From positions 1 through 52,910 of the forward strand of contig DASCPX010000053.1 in assembly GCA_036012755.1 (NCBI GenBank): DNA of 52,910 bases, written 5' to 3'. Below the pieces are notes generated by a model. It worked only from the letters and a program-made list of their open reading frames with translations, made no database searches and was not told the origin of the DNA. The translations under genes and the position numbers were made by a program. This DNA is from Myxococcota bacterium (GTDB taxonomy: Bacteria > Myxococcota_A > UBA796 > CAJQPC01). Shown in pieces: positions 9,268 through 17,979 of this stretch; the stretch's first letter is position 1, and every line of letters begins with the position of its first letter.

Positions 9268-10257
9268 ATGCAACACATCCCAACGGTCAAGGTCGGAGAG
9301 CAGCTCCACGCCACCATCAACCTGGCCTTCGACGCCCACGAGCCGCTCCTGGTCTGGGGCGCCCACGGCATCGGCAAGTCGATGATCTTCGCCCAGGCCG
9401 CCGTCGAGCTCGGGGTCGGGCTGGTCACACGGGATCTCTCCCTGATGGAGCCCCACGACCTCGTCGGTCTTCCGCGATTCGTAGACGGAACGACGGAGTA
9501 TGCCCAGCCGGGCTACCTGCCGACCGAGGGCGCCGGGCTCTTCCTCCTCGAAGAGGCGAACCGCTGCAGCGAGCTGATGATCAGCTGCAGCCTGGAGTTC
9601 CTCACCTCGCGCAGGCTGCACCTCAGCGACTACGTGCTCCCCGACGACTGGGTCCTGTGCGCGGCCGCGAACCCCTCCAACTCCGGGTACCACGTGCAGG
9701 AGCTGGACCCGGCCTTCCGCGACCGCTTCATCGAGGTCCTCGCCGTCGCCGATCAAGCATGCTGGCTCCAGTGGGCTCGGGCAGAGGGCCTCCACGCGGC
9801 AGTGCTCACCTACGTGGCGGACAACCCGCGCATCTTCGACAGCCCCCTGTCGACGCCACGAGCCTGGCACAAGGCCTCGCAAGTGCTCGTCGCCTTCGAG
9901 CGCGGCGAACACGGCGACGAGACCCTCGGCTCCGTGCTGGGCGGACTCGTCGGCACGCAGTCGGCCCTCGCCTTCGTCCAGTCATACGCCGGCGGTCTCC
10001 GCCCGCTCCTTCCAGACGACATCCTGAGCACCTACGGCGCCAAGCGAACGAGCGTTCATGAGTGGGGGCGGAGAAAGCGCCTCGATCTGCTGCTCGCCAG
10101 CCTCGAGAGTCTCCGAAAGGAGCTCGAGCGGCGCGGAGGGGTTGCCAACCTGTCGAAGAAGATGAGCTCGAACGTAGAGACCTTCGTCGGGGACCTCCCC
10201 GCCGAGTTCCGCCGCAAGGCCCGTGACTGGGCGGTGGTCACGGAGGCTGCAAAGTGA
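9268..10257 (+). CDS. MoxR/dynein-related AAA+ ATPase
   Basis: Walker A GAHGIGKS; DLVGLP; Walker B variant FLLEEANR; AAAN; LDPAFRDRF Arg finger; TPRAW sensor 2. Confidence 0.88.
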   Translation: MQHIPTVKVGEQLHATINLAFDAHEPLLVWGAHGIGKSMIFAQAAVELGVGLVTRDLSLMEPHDLVGLPRFVDGTTEYAQPGYLPTEGAGLFLLEEANRCSELMISCSLEFLTSRRLHLSDYVLPDDWVLCAAANPSNSGYHVQELDPAFRDRFIEVLAVADQACWLQWARAEGLHAAVLTYVADNPRIFDSPLSTPRAWHKASQVLVAFERGEHGDETLGSVLGGLVGTQSALAFVQSYAGGLRPLLPDDILSTYGAKRTSVHEWGRRKRLDLLLASLESLRKELERRGGVANLSKKMSSNVETFVGDLPAEFRRKARDWAVVTEAAK

Positions 10258-11417
10258 CCATCGAAGCACGCTTGACGAAGGCCCTGTGCCGCTTCATCAC
10301 CACCTACCCCTACTACGTCCCGATCATGCAGATGGCCCGAATCCAGCTCTCCGACGACGTGCCCACGATGGGCCTCACCATCCGCACCGACATCATCTAC
10401 CTCCTCGTCGGACGCACCTTCGCCGAGCGCTGCTCCGACGACGAGCTGGTGGGCGTGCTCCACCACGAGATCAACCACATCGTCCTCGACCACCTCTACT
10501 TCGACCCAGCCGCGTACCCGGACCGCCGAGCCAGGATGATCGCCGAAGAGGTGACCGCGAACGAGGCCATCCCAGAGGGCGAGCCCCTGCCCGGCGAGCC
10601 AGTCACCCTCTGCCAGTTCCCGATGCTGCCCTCCGACGAGGACACCCACGTGCGCTACGAGCGCCTCGAGGGCCTGCCCGGTCCCGAGCCCGGCAGAGGC
10701 GGTGGAGGAGAGGGAGGACAAGGAGACCCATCGCGCACCCAGTGCGACTGCTCCCAGCGCCCCTCGATGAAGGAGTCGATGCGCCAGGAACTCCTTCGGA
10801 GGATGGCCCAGGGCTTCGACCCTGCTCGGGTCAAGCGGGCGCTGGGCAAGCCCGGCTGCGGGGACGAGGCCGCGAAGAACCTCATCCGTCTCCAGAAGGT
10901 GGTCCGCGAGCCGAAGAACTGGCGATCCATCTTGAAGCCCTATGCCCGCCGCCAGAAGCCGCGGTCGGTCCTTCATCGCCCCAACCGTCGCTTCCCCGAG
11001 CTCGTCGGGATCATCCCCGGTCGGACCCGGGAGCGCCAGGCAAAGGTGAGGGTCCTCGCGGCGATCGACACCTCGGGCTCGATGGACGGCGACAGCCTGA
11101 GCGTCGTGAACAGGGAGGTCTCGGAGATGTCCCGCTTCGCGAAGGTCATGGTCGTGGAGTGCGACGAGAGGATCCAGCACATCCACAACTGGGCCGGTCC
11201 GCTCGACGCCGTCCACGGTGGAGGCGGCACCGATCTACGCCCTCCCCTGTCACCGAAGCTCCTCGCCGAGCACCGCCCCGACATCATCGTCTACTTCACG
11301 GACGGGCAGGCCAACAGCAAGGTGCCACGCAACAAACCCGGCACCGCGCCGGTGATCTGGTGCCTCACCCCCGGCGGAATACGGCCAGCCTCCTGGGGCA
11401 CCATCGTCAATCTGTGA
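10254..11417 (+). CDS. HExxH metallopeptidase-like + vWA domain protein (DUF2201-like)
   Basis: GTGA overlap with the AAA gene; LHHEINHIVLDH; MIDAS IDTSGSM, GGGGTD, YFTDG. Confidence 0.88.
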   Translation: MTIEARLTKALCRFITTYPYYVPIMQMARIQLSDDVPTMGLTIRTDIIYLLVGRTFAERCSDDELVGVLHHEINHIVLDHLYFDPAAYPDRRARMIAEEVTANEAIPEGEPLPGEPVTLCQFPMLPSDEDTHVRYERLEGLPGPEPGRGGGGEGGQGDPSRTQCDCSQRPSMKESMRQELLRRMAQGFDPARVKRALGKPGCGDEAAKNLIRLQKVVREPKNWRSILKPYARRQKPRSVLHRPNRRFPELVGIIPGRTRERQAKVRVLAAIDTSGSMDGDSLSVVNREVSEMSRFAKVMVVECDERIQHIHNWAGPLDAVHGGGGTDLRPPLSPKLLAEHRPDIIVYFTDGQANSKVPRNKPGTAPVIWCLTPGGIRPASWGTIVNL

Positions 11418-12270
11418 CCAGCGCCTCCTCGATGGCCCGGGCGATCTCGTCGGTCACAGAAGCGTTCGGGTGGACGTGGTCGAGCCACTGGTCCGAGTTC
11501 CACTGGGCTCCGACCGGGACCAGCGCCTCCAGGTCTACCAGCGCGAGGTCGTACTCGCGCGCCGCGTGCCTGATCGAGGCGTTCACGACCGCCTGGGCAA
11601 GGCGAACCTCCTCGACGAGCGCCGCGGCCTCCGGATCGAGGGCTTCTGGTGTGCCGGGGACGAGGTAGGTCAGCAGCACGACATCGCCGCCGCGAGCCCT
11701 GGCGGCCCCAACGATCTCGGGTAGGTGGAGCGCCCAGGCCTCGCGAAGCCAGTCCGCCCCTGCCCGCTCGATGCTGCCGTCGCTGCCTGCCCAGCGAACC
11801 AGCCGGAGCAGCCTGGGCCCCTTCCAGCCAGACGTCGTCTCGCCGAGCTCCTCGAAGCGGTGCTTCCTCAGCTCCGTGCCGCTGCCGGGCTCGAAGCGGA
11901 CCTCGTCGTTGTGGCCGAGCATGAGGAGCACCAGCGGCGTGGACTCCTCCGGCACCTCGTCGAGCCAGGCGACGCCCTCCTCCGCCGCGAAGGCGATCCT
12001 GGCGCCCGGGACTGCGTGCCGCACGACGGGAATGCGCCGGGTGGACAGCCGCTTCTCGAGTCGCTCCGGCCAGCTCTGACCGACCCCGAGTCCGACACCA
12101 GCCGTCACCGAGTCACCGAGGCAGAGGATGAAGTCGCCTTCGGGTGGGGCGGCGCTCGGCCCGTAGAGCCGCGGGAGGAGCGCCAGCCCCCCCTCGACCA
12201 GCAGCAGGAAGAGGATGAAGACACCAACCGAGTAGAGCGCCTTCCTGGGAGCGCTTAGGCTTCTGGCCAT
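11407..12270 (-). CDS. SGNH/GDSL hydrolase, N-terminally anchored
   Basis: CLGDSVTAG, GHND, DHVHPN; GAGGAGG SD before ATG 12270. Confidence 0.85.
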   Translation of the reverse strand: MARSLSAPRKALYSVGVFILFLLLVEGGLALLPRLYGPSAAPPEGDFILCLGDSVTAGVGLGVGQSWPERLEKRLSTRRIPVVRHAVPGARIAFAAEEGVAWLDEVPEESTPLVLLMLGHNDEVRFEPGSGTELRKHRFEELGETTSGWKGPRLLRLVRWAGSDGSIERAGADWLREAWALHLPEIVGAARARGGDVVLLTYLVPGTPEALDPEAAALVEEVRLAQAVVNASIRHAAREYDLALVDLEALVPVGAQWNSDQWLDHVHPNASVTDEIARAIEEALVTD

Positions 12271-13525
12271 GCTGCTCCTCCTCGCCTGCTCGACAAAGCC
12301 GGAGACTCCACCGGCCCCGGCGTCCAGGCCGACCATCGTAGTCGTCGTGCTCGACACGGTGCGCGCCGACCACATGGGGGCATGCGGCTACGAGCGGCCG
12401 ACCACGCCGGTCTTCGACGAGCTCGCCAGGACCGCGAGCTTCAGCTGCACCGCGATCAGCAGCGGGGACTGGACACTGCCCGCCCATGCCTCACTCTTCA
12501 CCGGCAAGCCGACCAGCGTGCACGGCGCCCACTCCCTCCCAGAGGGCAACGAGCTCCTGGGCTTGATGCGCATACGACCACTGGGCCCCACCCTCCCGAC
12601 CCTCGCAGAGGTCCTCGGCGAGCAGGGCTACCAGACGATCGCGCTCTCCGGAAACCCGGTCGTCGCGGCGGAGACCGGGCTCTTCCGGGGCTTCGACCAG
12701 TCCAAGAGCGCAGGGGTGATGGGCGAGCTGTGGGGCCGCAGCCTGGTCGCGGCGCTCGAGGAGAGCCTGGCAGCTGCCGATGACCGGCCGCTGTTCCTCT
12801 TCGCCAACATCGCGGACGCCCACCAGCCCTGGCAGCCGATCCCCGAGTCCTTTCCGTGGCTTCCAGCGCGCGAGGGCCACCGGCCCCTGATGCCAGAGGT
12901 CTACACCGGCCGCTTCGACGAGGAGGAGCTGGCCGAGCACTTCGCCCACGTGACAGATGTCTACGACTTCGGCATCTGGCGAGCCGACCTGGTGATGGGT
13001 CAGCTGCTGGCCACGCTGGAGACCGCTGGGCGCACGGACGACCTGCGACTGATCGTCCTGAGTGATCACGGCGAGTTCCTCGGAGAGCACGGCCTCGTCG
13101 ACCACGGACGCTACCTCTGGGAGCCCAACCAGCGAGTCGCGGTGCTGACCACCGACTCGGTGAAGATCCCGAACGATCTGCCAACCCTGCACGTCTTCGA
13201 CCTCGCCCAGGGGGGCCTGCCCGAAGAGCTCGCCCCGGCCGAGACCGTGGCCTACCCGGATCTCCTGTGGTCCACGCTCTCGAAGGGCCGCTACGGCGTC
13301 CACACATCGGTCGCATCCTGGCAGGGATCCACCAAGCTGATCTGGCAGGACGGCAGCTGCGCGAAGTACGATCTCGCCGCCGATCCTGGTGAGATCGTTC
13401 CGCTTGTCGACGACTGTTCCAGCATCCAGCACCTGGTGGAGCGCGCAGCCACCTCCGCCGAAGCCCCGGTCGAGATGGACCCGGCCCTCCTGGAGCGCCT
13501 TCGGGCCGCTGGCTACCTCGAATAG
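12269..13525 (+). CDS. Sulfatase-like (alkaline phosphatase superfamily) lipoprotein
   Basis: MLLLLA-C; LDTVRADH, WTLPAHASLFTG, SDHGE, DHG; C-terminal ERLRAAGYL. Confidence 0.85.
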   Translation: MLLLLACSTKPETPPAPASRPTIVVVVLDTVRADHMGACGYERPTTPVFDELARTASFSCTAISSGDWTLPAHASLFTGKPTSVHGAHSLPEGNELLGLMRIRPLGPTLPTLAEVLGEQGYQTIALSGNPVVAAETGLFRGFDQSKSAGVMGELWGRSLVAALEESLAAADDRPLFLFANIADAHQPWQPIPESFPWLPAREGHRPLMPEVYTGRFDEEELAEHFAHVTDVYDFGIWRADLVMGQLLATLETAGRTDDLRLIVLSDHGEFLGEHGLVDHGRYLWEPNQRVAVLTTDSVKIPNDLPTLHVFDLAQGGLPEELAPAETVAYPDLLWSTLSKGRYGVHTSVASWQGSTKLIWQDGSCAKYDLAADPGEIVPLVDDCSSIQHLVERAATSAEAPVEMDPALLERLRAAGYLE

Positions 13526-13546
13526 GGGCCGCCGGAAGCGCGAGAC

Positions 13547-13879
13547 TTCATGGACACCTCGAGCGCGGCGGCGGAGTGCGTGACGCTCCAGGCGGCCTCG
13601 GGTGCGGTGGTGCACCTGTTCCCGACGGGACAGGGGAACGTCGTCGGGCATCCGATCATGCCGGTGATCAAGCTGACGGCGAACCCCCGCACGGCCAGAG
13701 AGATGAACGAGCACATCGACCTCGACGTCAGCGGGCTCCTGCAGCGAGAGATGAACCTCGACCAAGCCGGCGACGCGCTGATCGAGATGACTGTGCGCAC
13801 CTGCAACGGCCGACACACGGCCGCCGAGGTCCTGGGCCACAGGGAGTTCGTGCTGACGAAACTGTACCCGAGCGCCTGA
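13547..13879 (+). pseudogene. C-terminal remnant of a UxaA-family lyase (SuyB-like sulfolactate sulfo-lyase beta)
   Basis: [62 protein letters not shown] matches only the last ~110 aa. There is no room for the N-terminus after the sulfatase stop. Confidence 0.75.
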
Positions 13880-13982
13880 CCCGCCAGCGGTCAGCCATGG
13901 GTGCGGCTCTCCTGGGACCACGGTCCCCTCGAGCCAGCACCAACCTGCTGGCAACCCTCACGGGCGCGATATGCAGCAGTAG

Positions 13983-15350
13983 ATGCTCTTCCTGCTCGCC
14001 TGCGCTCCCTCCGCGGAGCTCCAGACCCTCGAGGCCTCCAGCTTCGGCCACGAGACCATCGAGATCCTCGTCGAGCCCGACGTAGAGGTCCTGGGGGTCA
14101 CCGTCGGCGGGCTGAACACCTACGACCTGCAGCGCTCGGACGACCGCCTGACCGTCACGGTCCAGGGCATCGGCGAGGCTGGCCCCGCCACGGTGCTGGT
14201 GTTGACGCCAGAGGCCGAGGTAGACGCGGGCGAGCTCGACTACTTCCCGGCCGCGGACCCGCTCTTCGACCGCGTGGTCGGGATAGGCGCGTCCCTGACC
14301 CAGGGCGTCCAGGATGGCGTGCCCACCTTTCACGCCAACCTCATGTCACCAGGCGCCCAGATGGCCCGGCAAGCAGGCGCCAACTACGGCATCCCGCTGT
14401 TGGTCGAGGACCTCTTCCCCACGATCGAGATCGAGCACATCGGCCCCGCCCCCGAGTGCGAGAGCCCGCCGGTGGTCGCCCACGTCACCAACGCAGCGCT
14501 CGAGGTGCTCAACAAGCTCAACGACGACGAGGGCAACTTCCGCTACGACTTCGGTCGGGTCGATCCCGATCTGCCCGTCTACGACGCGGCGGTCGGCGGC
14601 TTCATGGTGGGCCACCTCACAGAGGGGCTCTACAACGACTTCACCCGCGGCTTCCTCGCCCACATGGTGCTCGACCCCTACGCCGAGCTGAACGAAGGCA
14701 TCACCTTCTCCCAGGTCGATCTCGTGCTGGAGCGGGACCCGACCCTGGTCCTGTGCTTCGACACCTTCGGCAACGATCTCATCGGCGCCATCGTGCTCGG
14801 CAAGAGCGTGGACCTCGGCGCCATCACTCCAGAGGATGAGTTCATCGAGGACGTGGAGCTTCTCTTCGAGGAACTCGGCGCCAGCGACGCAGAGGTCTTC
14901 GTCGCGAACTCGCCGCGACCCGGGCTCCTCCCCGCCGCGCGCAACCAGGTGCTCCGGGCGGACGACCCAGAGGCCGAGCAGGCGAAGATCGACGAGGCCG
15001 ACGAGATCGCCCTCCGCTACAACGCGCTGTTCTCCGGGCTCGCAGAGGGCTACCCGAACATCCACGTGGTCGACGCCTACAGCCACACGGAGCGCCTCAG
15101 CGAGGACGGCCTGGTGGCCAACGGAGAGACCCTCGACGCCCGCATGTTCGGGGGACTGCTCAGCCTCGACGGCGTGCACTTCACCGACACGGGCTACGCG
15201 GAGTTCGCGAACCTCTTCCTCGACGCCATCGAGGACGACCTCGGCGTGGACATGGAGCGCGTGGACATCGACGCGGTGGCGGCGGCCGACCTGCGAACAC
15301 CCTCGGCCCTGCGAGATGCAGGCCTCGACGTCGACGCCTGCGACCGCTGA
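13983..15350 (+). CDS. SGNH/GDSL hydrolase lipoprotein
   Basis: MLFLLA-C; IGASLTQG, FGND, SLDGVHFT. Confidence 0.8.
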   Translation: MLFLLACAPSAELQTLEASSFGHETIEILVEPDVEVLGVTVGGLNTYDLQRSDDRLTVTVQGIGEAGPATVLVLTPEAEVDAGELDYFPAADPLFDRVVGIGASLTQGVQDGVPTFHANLMSPGAQMARQAGANYGIPLLVEDLFPTIEIEHIGPAPECESPPVVAHVTNAALEVLNKLNDDEGNFRYDFGRVDPDLPVYDAAVGGFMVGHLTEGLYNDFTRGFLAHMVLDPYAELNEGITFSQVDLVLERDPTLVLCFDTFGNDLIGAIVLGKSVDLGAITPEDEFIEDVELLFEELGASDAEVFVANSPRPGLLPAARNQVLRADDPEAEQAKIDEADEIALRYNALFSGLAEGYPNIHVVDAYSHTERLSEDGLVANGETLDARMFGGLLSLDGVHFTDTGYAEFANLFLDAIEDDLGVDMERVDIDAVAAADLRTPSALRDAGLDVDACDR

Positions 15351-15377
15351 GTCTTCCAGGGCGCATAGAATCGCCGC

Positions 15378-15599
15378 GTGCTGTGGCTCCTGAGCCAGGT
15401 GGCGTTCGCGCGCTGTCCAGACATCGAGGTCTCCGCGGACACGACCGCAGAGGCCCTCCTCCATGCCAACACGCTGTATTGGTGGGCACGAGCCAGCGGC
15501 GACGACCTCGCGCTCCACTGTCGGGCCCAGGCCTACCTGGAGCTGGCCCTGGGCGCGGACACGGAGTGGCGACAGCGGATGGAGGGACTGCTGGTGTGA
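15378..15599 (+). CDS. Small hypothetical secreted protein
   Basis: TAGAAT 6 nt upstream of GTG; MLWLLSQVAFA signal; two Cys; stop overlaps the next start. Confidence 0.6.
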   Translation: MLWLLSQVAFARCPDIEVSADTTAEALLHANTLYWWARASGDDLALHCRAQAYLELALGADTEWRQRMEGLLV

Positions 15600-16627
15600 G
15601 ACGACTCGCGGTCCTCGCCGCCGTCCTCCTCGTCGCGGTGCTGGGTGGCCTGGCCGCGCTGGAGGCCCACTACCGCGGCCTGGAGTCCGGCCTGCGCCTG
15701 CGCATCGCCCCGCCTGATGAGCCCGGGCGCAAGTTCGTCTTGAACGGCCCCAGCCTGAACGCAGAGGGCTTCCGCGAGCGGGACCTGGAGCTCGACAAGC
15801 CAGAGCGGCTCTACCGCATCGTCGTGCTCGGCGACTCGGTGACCTTCGGCTCGGGGGTCCGCATCCACGAGGCCTGGCCGCGCTACGCGGAGCAGGTCCT
15901 CGCAGAGGAGCGCCGGGTGCAGCTCGTGAACCTCGCGGTGTTCAGCTACGACGCCGAGCAGATCGTCGCGACGCTGGAGCACCGTGGGCAGCGCTGGAGC
16001 CCCGACCTGGTGGTCTACGCCGCCTACACCAACGACCACATCCCGACGGATCTGCTCTACACGGAGACCGGTCCGATCTACGTGGGCTCGGACCTCGACG
16101 AGCAGCTGTCCGGACCGGGCTTCCTCCTGCCGCACTCGGCCCTGGCGCGTCGCTACTTCGGAGCCAAGGCGACGCGCCAGGTGAGCCTGCGCCGGGAGCA
16201 GTGGGGAGGGGACCTGGGCTGGTACCGACAGCAGCTGGAGGCCTTGCACGCAGCGGCCGGGGAGCTCTTCATCTACGCCCTGTTGCCCCACAACCGGGAA
16301 CACGAAGAGATGCACAGGCGCTACCTCGACCTCTACGAGGAGCTCGGCATCCCTCACGCCAGCGCCCTGCCCTACCTCGCAGGCTCGGGCGAAGACGACT
16401 TCTACATCGCGGACCGCAAGGGCGACGACATCGCCCACCCCAACCCGACCGGCCAGCGGGTGCTCGGGTGGGGCTTCGCCGACGCGCTCCGCCGCCACCA
16501 GGCCTCAGAGGCGGTGCTGGGTGTCGATGAGGCCGCGACGATCCCCGCTCACGTGATGGAATCACCAGATGACGTTGCTCCTGGGGTGCGCCGCCCCCGC
16601 GCTGGACTCGAGCGCCGGGACCGATAG
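15596..16627 (+). CDS. SGNH/GDSL hydrolase
   Basis: GTGA-coupled start MRRLAVLAAV; NAEGFRE, RIVVLGDSVTFG, PDLVV..TND, DIAHPNPTG. Confidence 0.85.
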   Translation: MRRLAVLAAVLLVAVLGGLAALEAHYRGLESGLRLRIAPPDEPGRKFVLNGPSLNAEGFRERDLELDKPERLYRIVVLGDSVTFGSGVRIHEAWPRYAEQVLAEERRVQLVNLAVFSYDAEQIVATLEHRGQRWSPDLVVYAAYTNDHIPTDLLYTETGPIYVGSDLDEQLSGPGFLLPHSALARRYFGAKATRQVSLRREQWGGDLGWYRQQLEALHAAAGELFIYALLPHNREHEEMHRRYLDLYEELGIPHASALPYLAGSGEDDFYIADRKGDDIAHPNPTGQRVLGWGFADALRRHQASEAVLGVDEAATIPAHVMESPDDVAPGVRRPRAGLERRDR

Positions 16628-16699
16628 CGCCGAGTACGCCGACGAGTGCTGACCCCATGGCGCTCGGTGTTAGCTTGCCGGCACCCCAAGGCGCCCCCC

Positions 16700-17023
16700 A
16701 TGCTGTCCCTGCTCTTCGCCCTGACCGTCAACTCCGCGGACGCCTGCCCGATGGCCGATGCCGAGGCTGCGGCTGCGGCCCGCGCCAAGGTCGAGGCGGC
16801 AGAAGGCGACAAGGTCACCTTCAGCGTCGAGGGCATGTCCTGCGGAAGCTGCAGCGCCAAGATCACGGCGGCGCTGGAGGGCGTCGAAGGGGTCGTGGCT
16901 GCCGCGGTCGACTACCAGGAGGGCACCGCCGTGGTGGCCTATGACGCCGCAAAGGTAGACCAGGACAAGCTCCTCGCTGCCATCACCGACCTCGGGTTCG
17001 CGGCCCGGGCGCCCAAGAGCTGA
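16700..17023 (+). CDS. Exported heavy-metal-associated (HMA, MerP/CopZ-like) protein
   Basis: Signal peptide, then VEGMSCGSC...LEGVEGV...ITDLGF. Confidence 0.9.
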   Translation: MLSLLFALTVNSADACPMADAEAAAAARAKVEAAEGDKVTFSVEGMSCGSCSAKITAALEGVEGVVAAAVDYQEGTAVVAYDAAKVDQDKLLAAITDLGFAARAPKS

Positions 17024-17067
17024 TCCAGGGGGTCTCGCGTCTCGTCCTGGATTCCGATCCAGGGGAC

Positions 17068-17280
17068 ATGAACACGCAGACGCCCAACCAGATCACATAC
17101 GCCCTCTGGAATCCCTACCGGGCCGCCATGCCTCCGAGGGAGGACTACGAGCGCTACCTGCGAGCGATCGAGACGGCGATGATGCTGCCGGACATCGACG
17201 AGCGCACCCGTCACATCCGCGCCGCGAACCGCTGGTGGGAGCTCTTGCTGATCGAGCACTCGGACCAGGCCTGGGCCTGA
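17068..17280 (+). CDS. Small hypothetical protein
   Basis: 70 aa ORF with GC3-rich codons, filling the gap between the HMA and TetR genes. Confidence 0.55.
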   Translation: MNTQTPNQITYALWNPYRAAMPPREDYERYLRAIETAMMLPDIDERTRHIRAANRWWELLLIEHSDQAWA

Positions 17281-17295
17281 TGCCTTGAGGCGAGA

Positions 17296-17329
17296 CGTGA
17301 ATCGTGTTCACATGTGAACGTGATTCACG
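17296..17329. promoter_or_regulatory. Tandem palindromic operators GTGAA-N5-TTCAC x2 (likely TetR autoregulation)
   Basis: GTGAATCGTGTTCAC (17297-17311) and GTGAACGTGATTCAC (17314-17328); the second begins at the TetR start codon. Confidence 0.75.
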
Positions 17330-17913
17330 AAACCGGACGCCAAGCGAAGACCAGAAAGCGACGCGGTCGGCGCCGGGAGCAGATCCTCGACTCGGCCGCG
17401 GCGATCCTGTCCCGTGGACGGGAGCTCACGATGGTGAGCCTGGCGAATGAGTGCGAGGCCTCCGTAGGCGCGGTCTACCGCTACTTCCCGGGCAAGGAAG
17501 CCCTGATGACCGGCCTGCAGATCCGCGCCATCGGAGCCCTGGAGGCTCACCTGGTGGTCCGGCTGTCGAGGCAGAAGGACCCGGTGGCGAGGATCGAGGT
17601 CGCCGCGAAGAGCTGGTCGACCTTCGCTGTAGCTCACCCCGCGCTCTTCGAACTGGTGGACGAGACCCTCTCCGGCCCTCCCTCCGAGGGGGTCGAGGCG
17701 AGCCTGGAGTCGCTGCTGTCGCGCATGGCCGGCCTCTTCGACGAAGCAGAAGGCAGCGGTCTGCTCCGTCCTGGCGACTCCCGCCTCCGTACCCAGGCCC
17801 TCTTCTCGGCGGTCCACGGCGCCGGCCACATCCGGGGACGCGACATCCCACCGACCCAGGCAGAGGTCGAGGCCGAGCTGATCTCGGCGCTCCTCGCCGG
17901 TTGGCGCCAGTGA
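17314..17913 (+). CDS. TetR/AcrR family transcriptional regulator
   Basis: RREQILDSAAAIL..LTMVSLANECEASVGAVYRYFPGKEAL HTH; C-terminal AVHG. Confidence 0.92.
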   Translation: MNVIHETGRQAKTRKRRGRRREQILDSAAAILSRGRELTMVSLANECEASVGAVYRYFPGKEALMTGLQIRAIGALEAHLVVRLSRQKDPVARIEVAAKSWSTFAVAHPALFELVDETLSGPPSEGVEASLESLLSRMAGLFDEAEGSGLLRPGDSRLRTQALFSAVHGAGHIRGRDIPPTQAEVEAELISALLAGWRQ

Positions 17914-17979
17914 GCAAAGCCTGACAAAGCCTGGACGATCCAGCCAACACATCGCCGCCGATGAGGGCACTCTCTTGGC

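Noticed and set aside
16648..16678. MerR/CueR-type promoter for the HMA gene
   Set aside because: The CTGACC-TAGCTT spacer is 16 bp rather than 19-20 and has no clear dyad.
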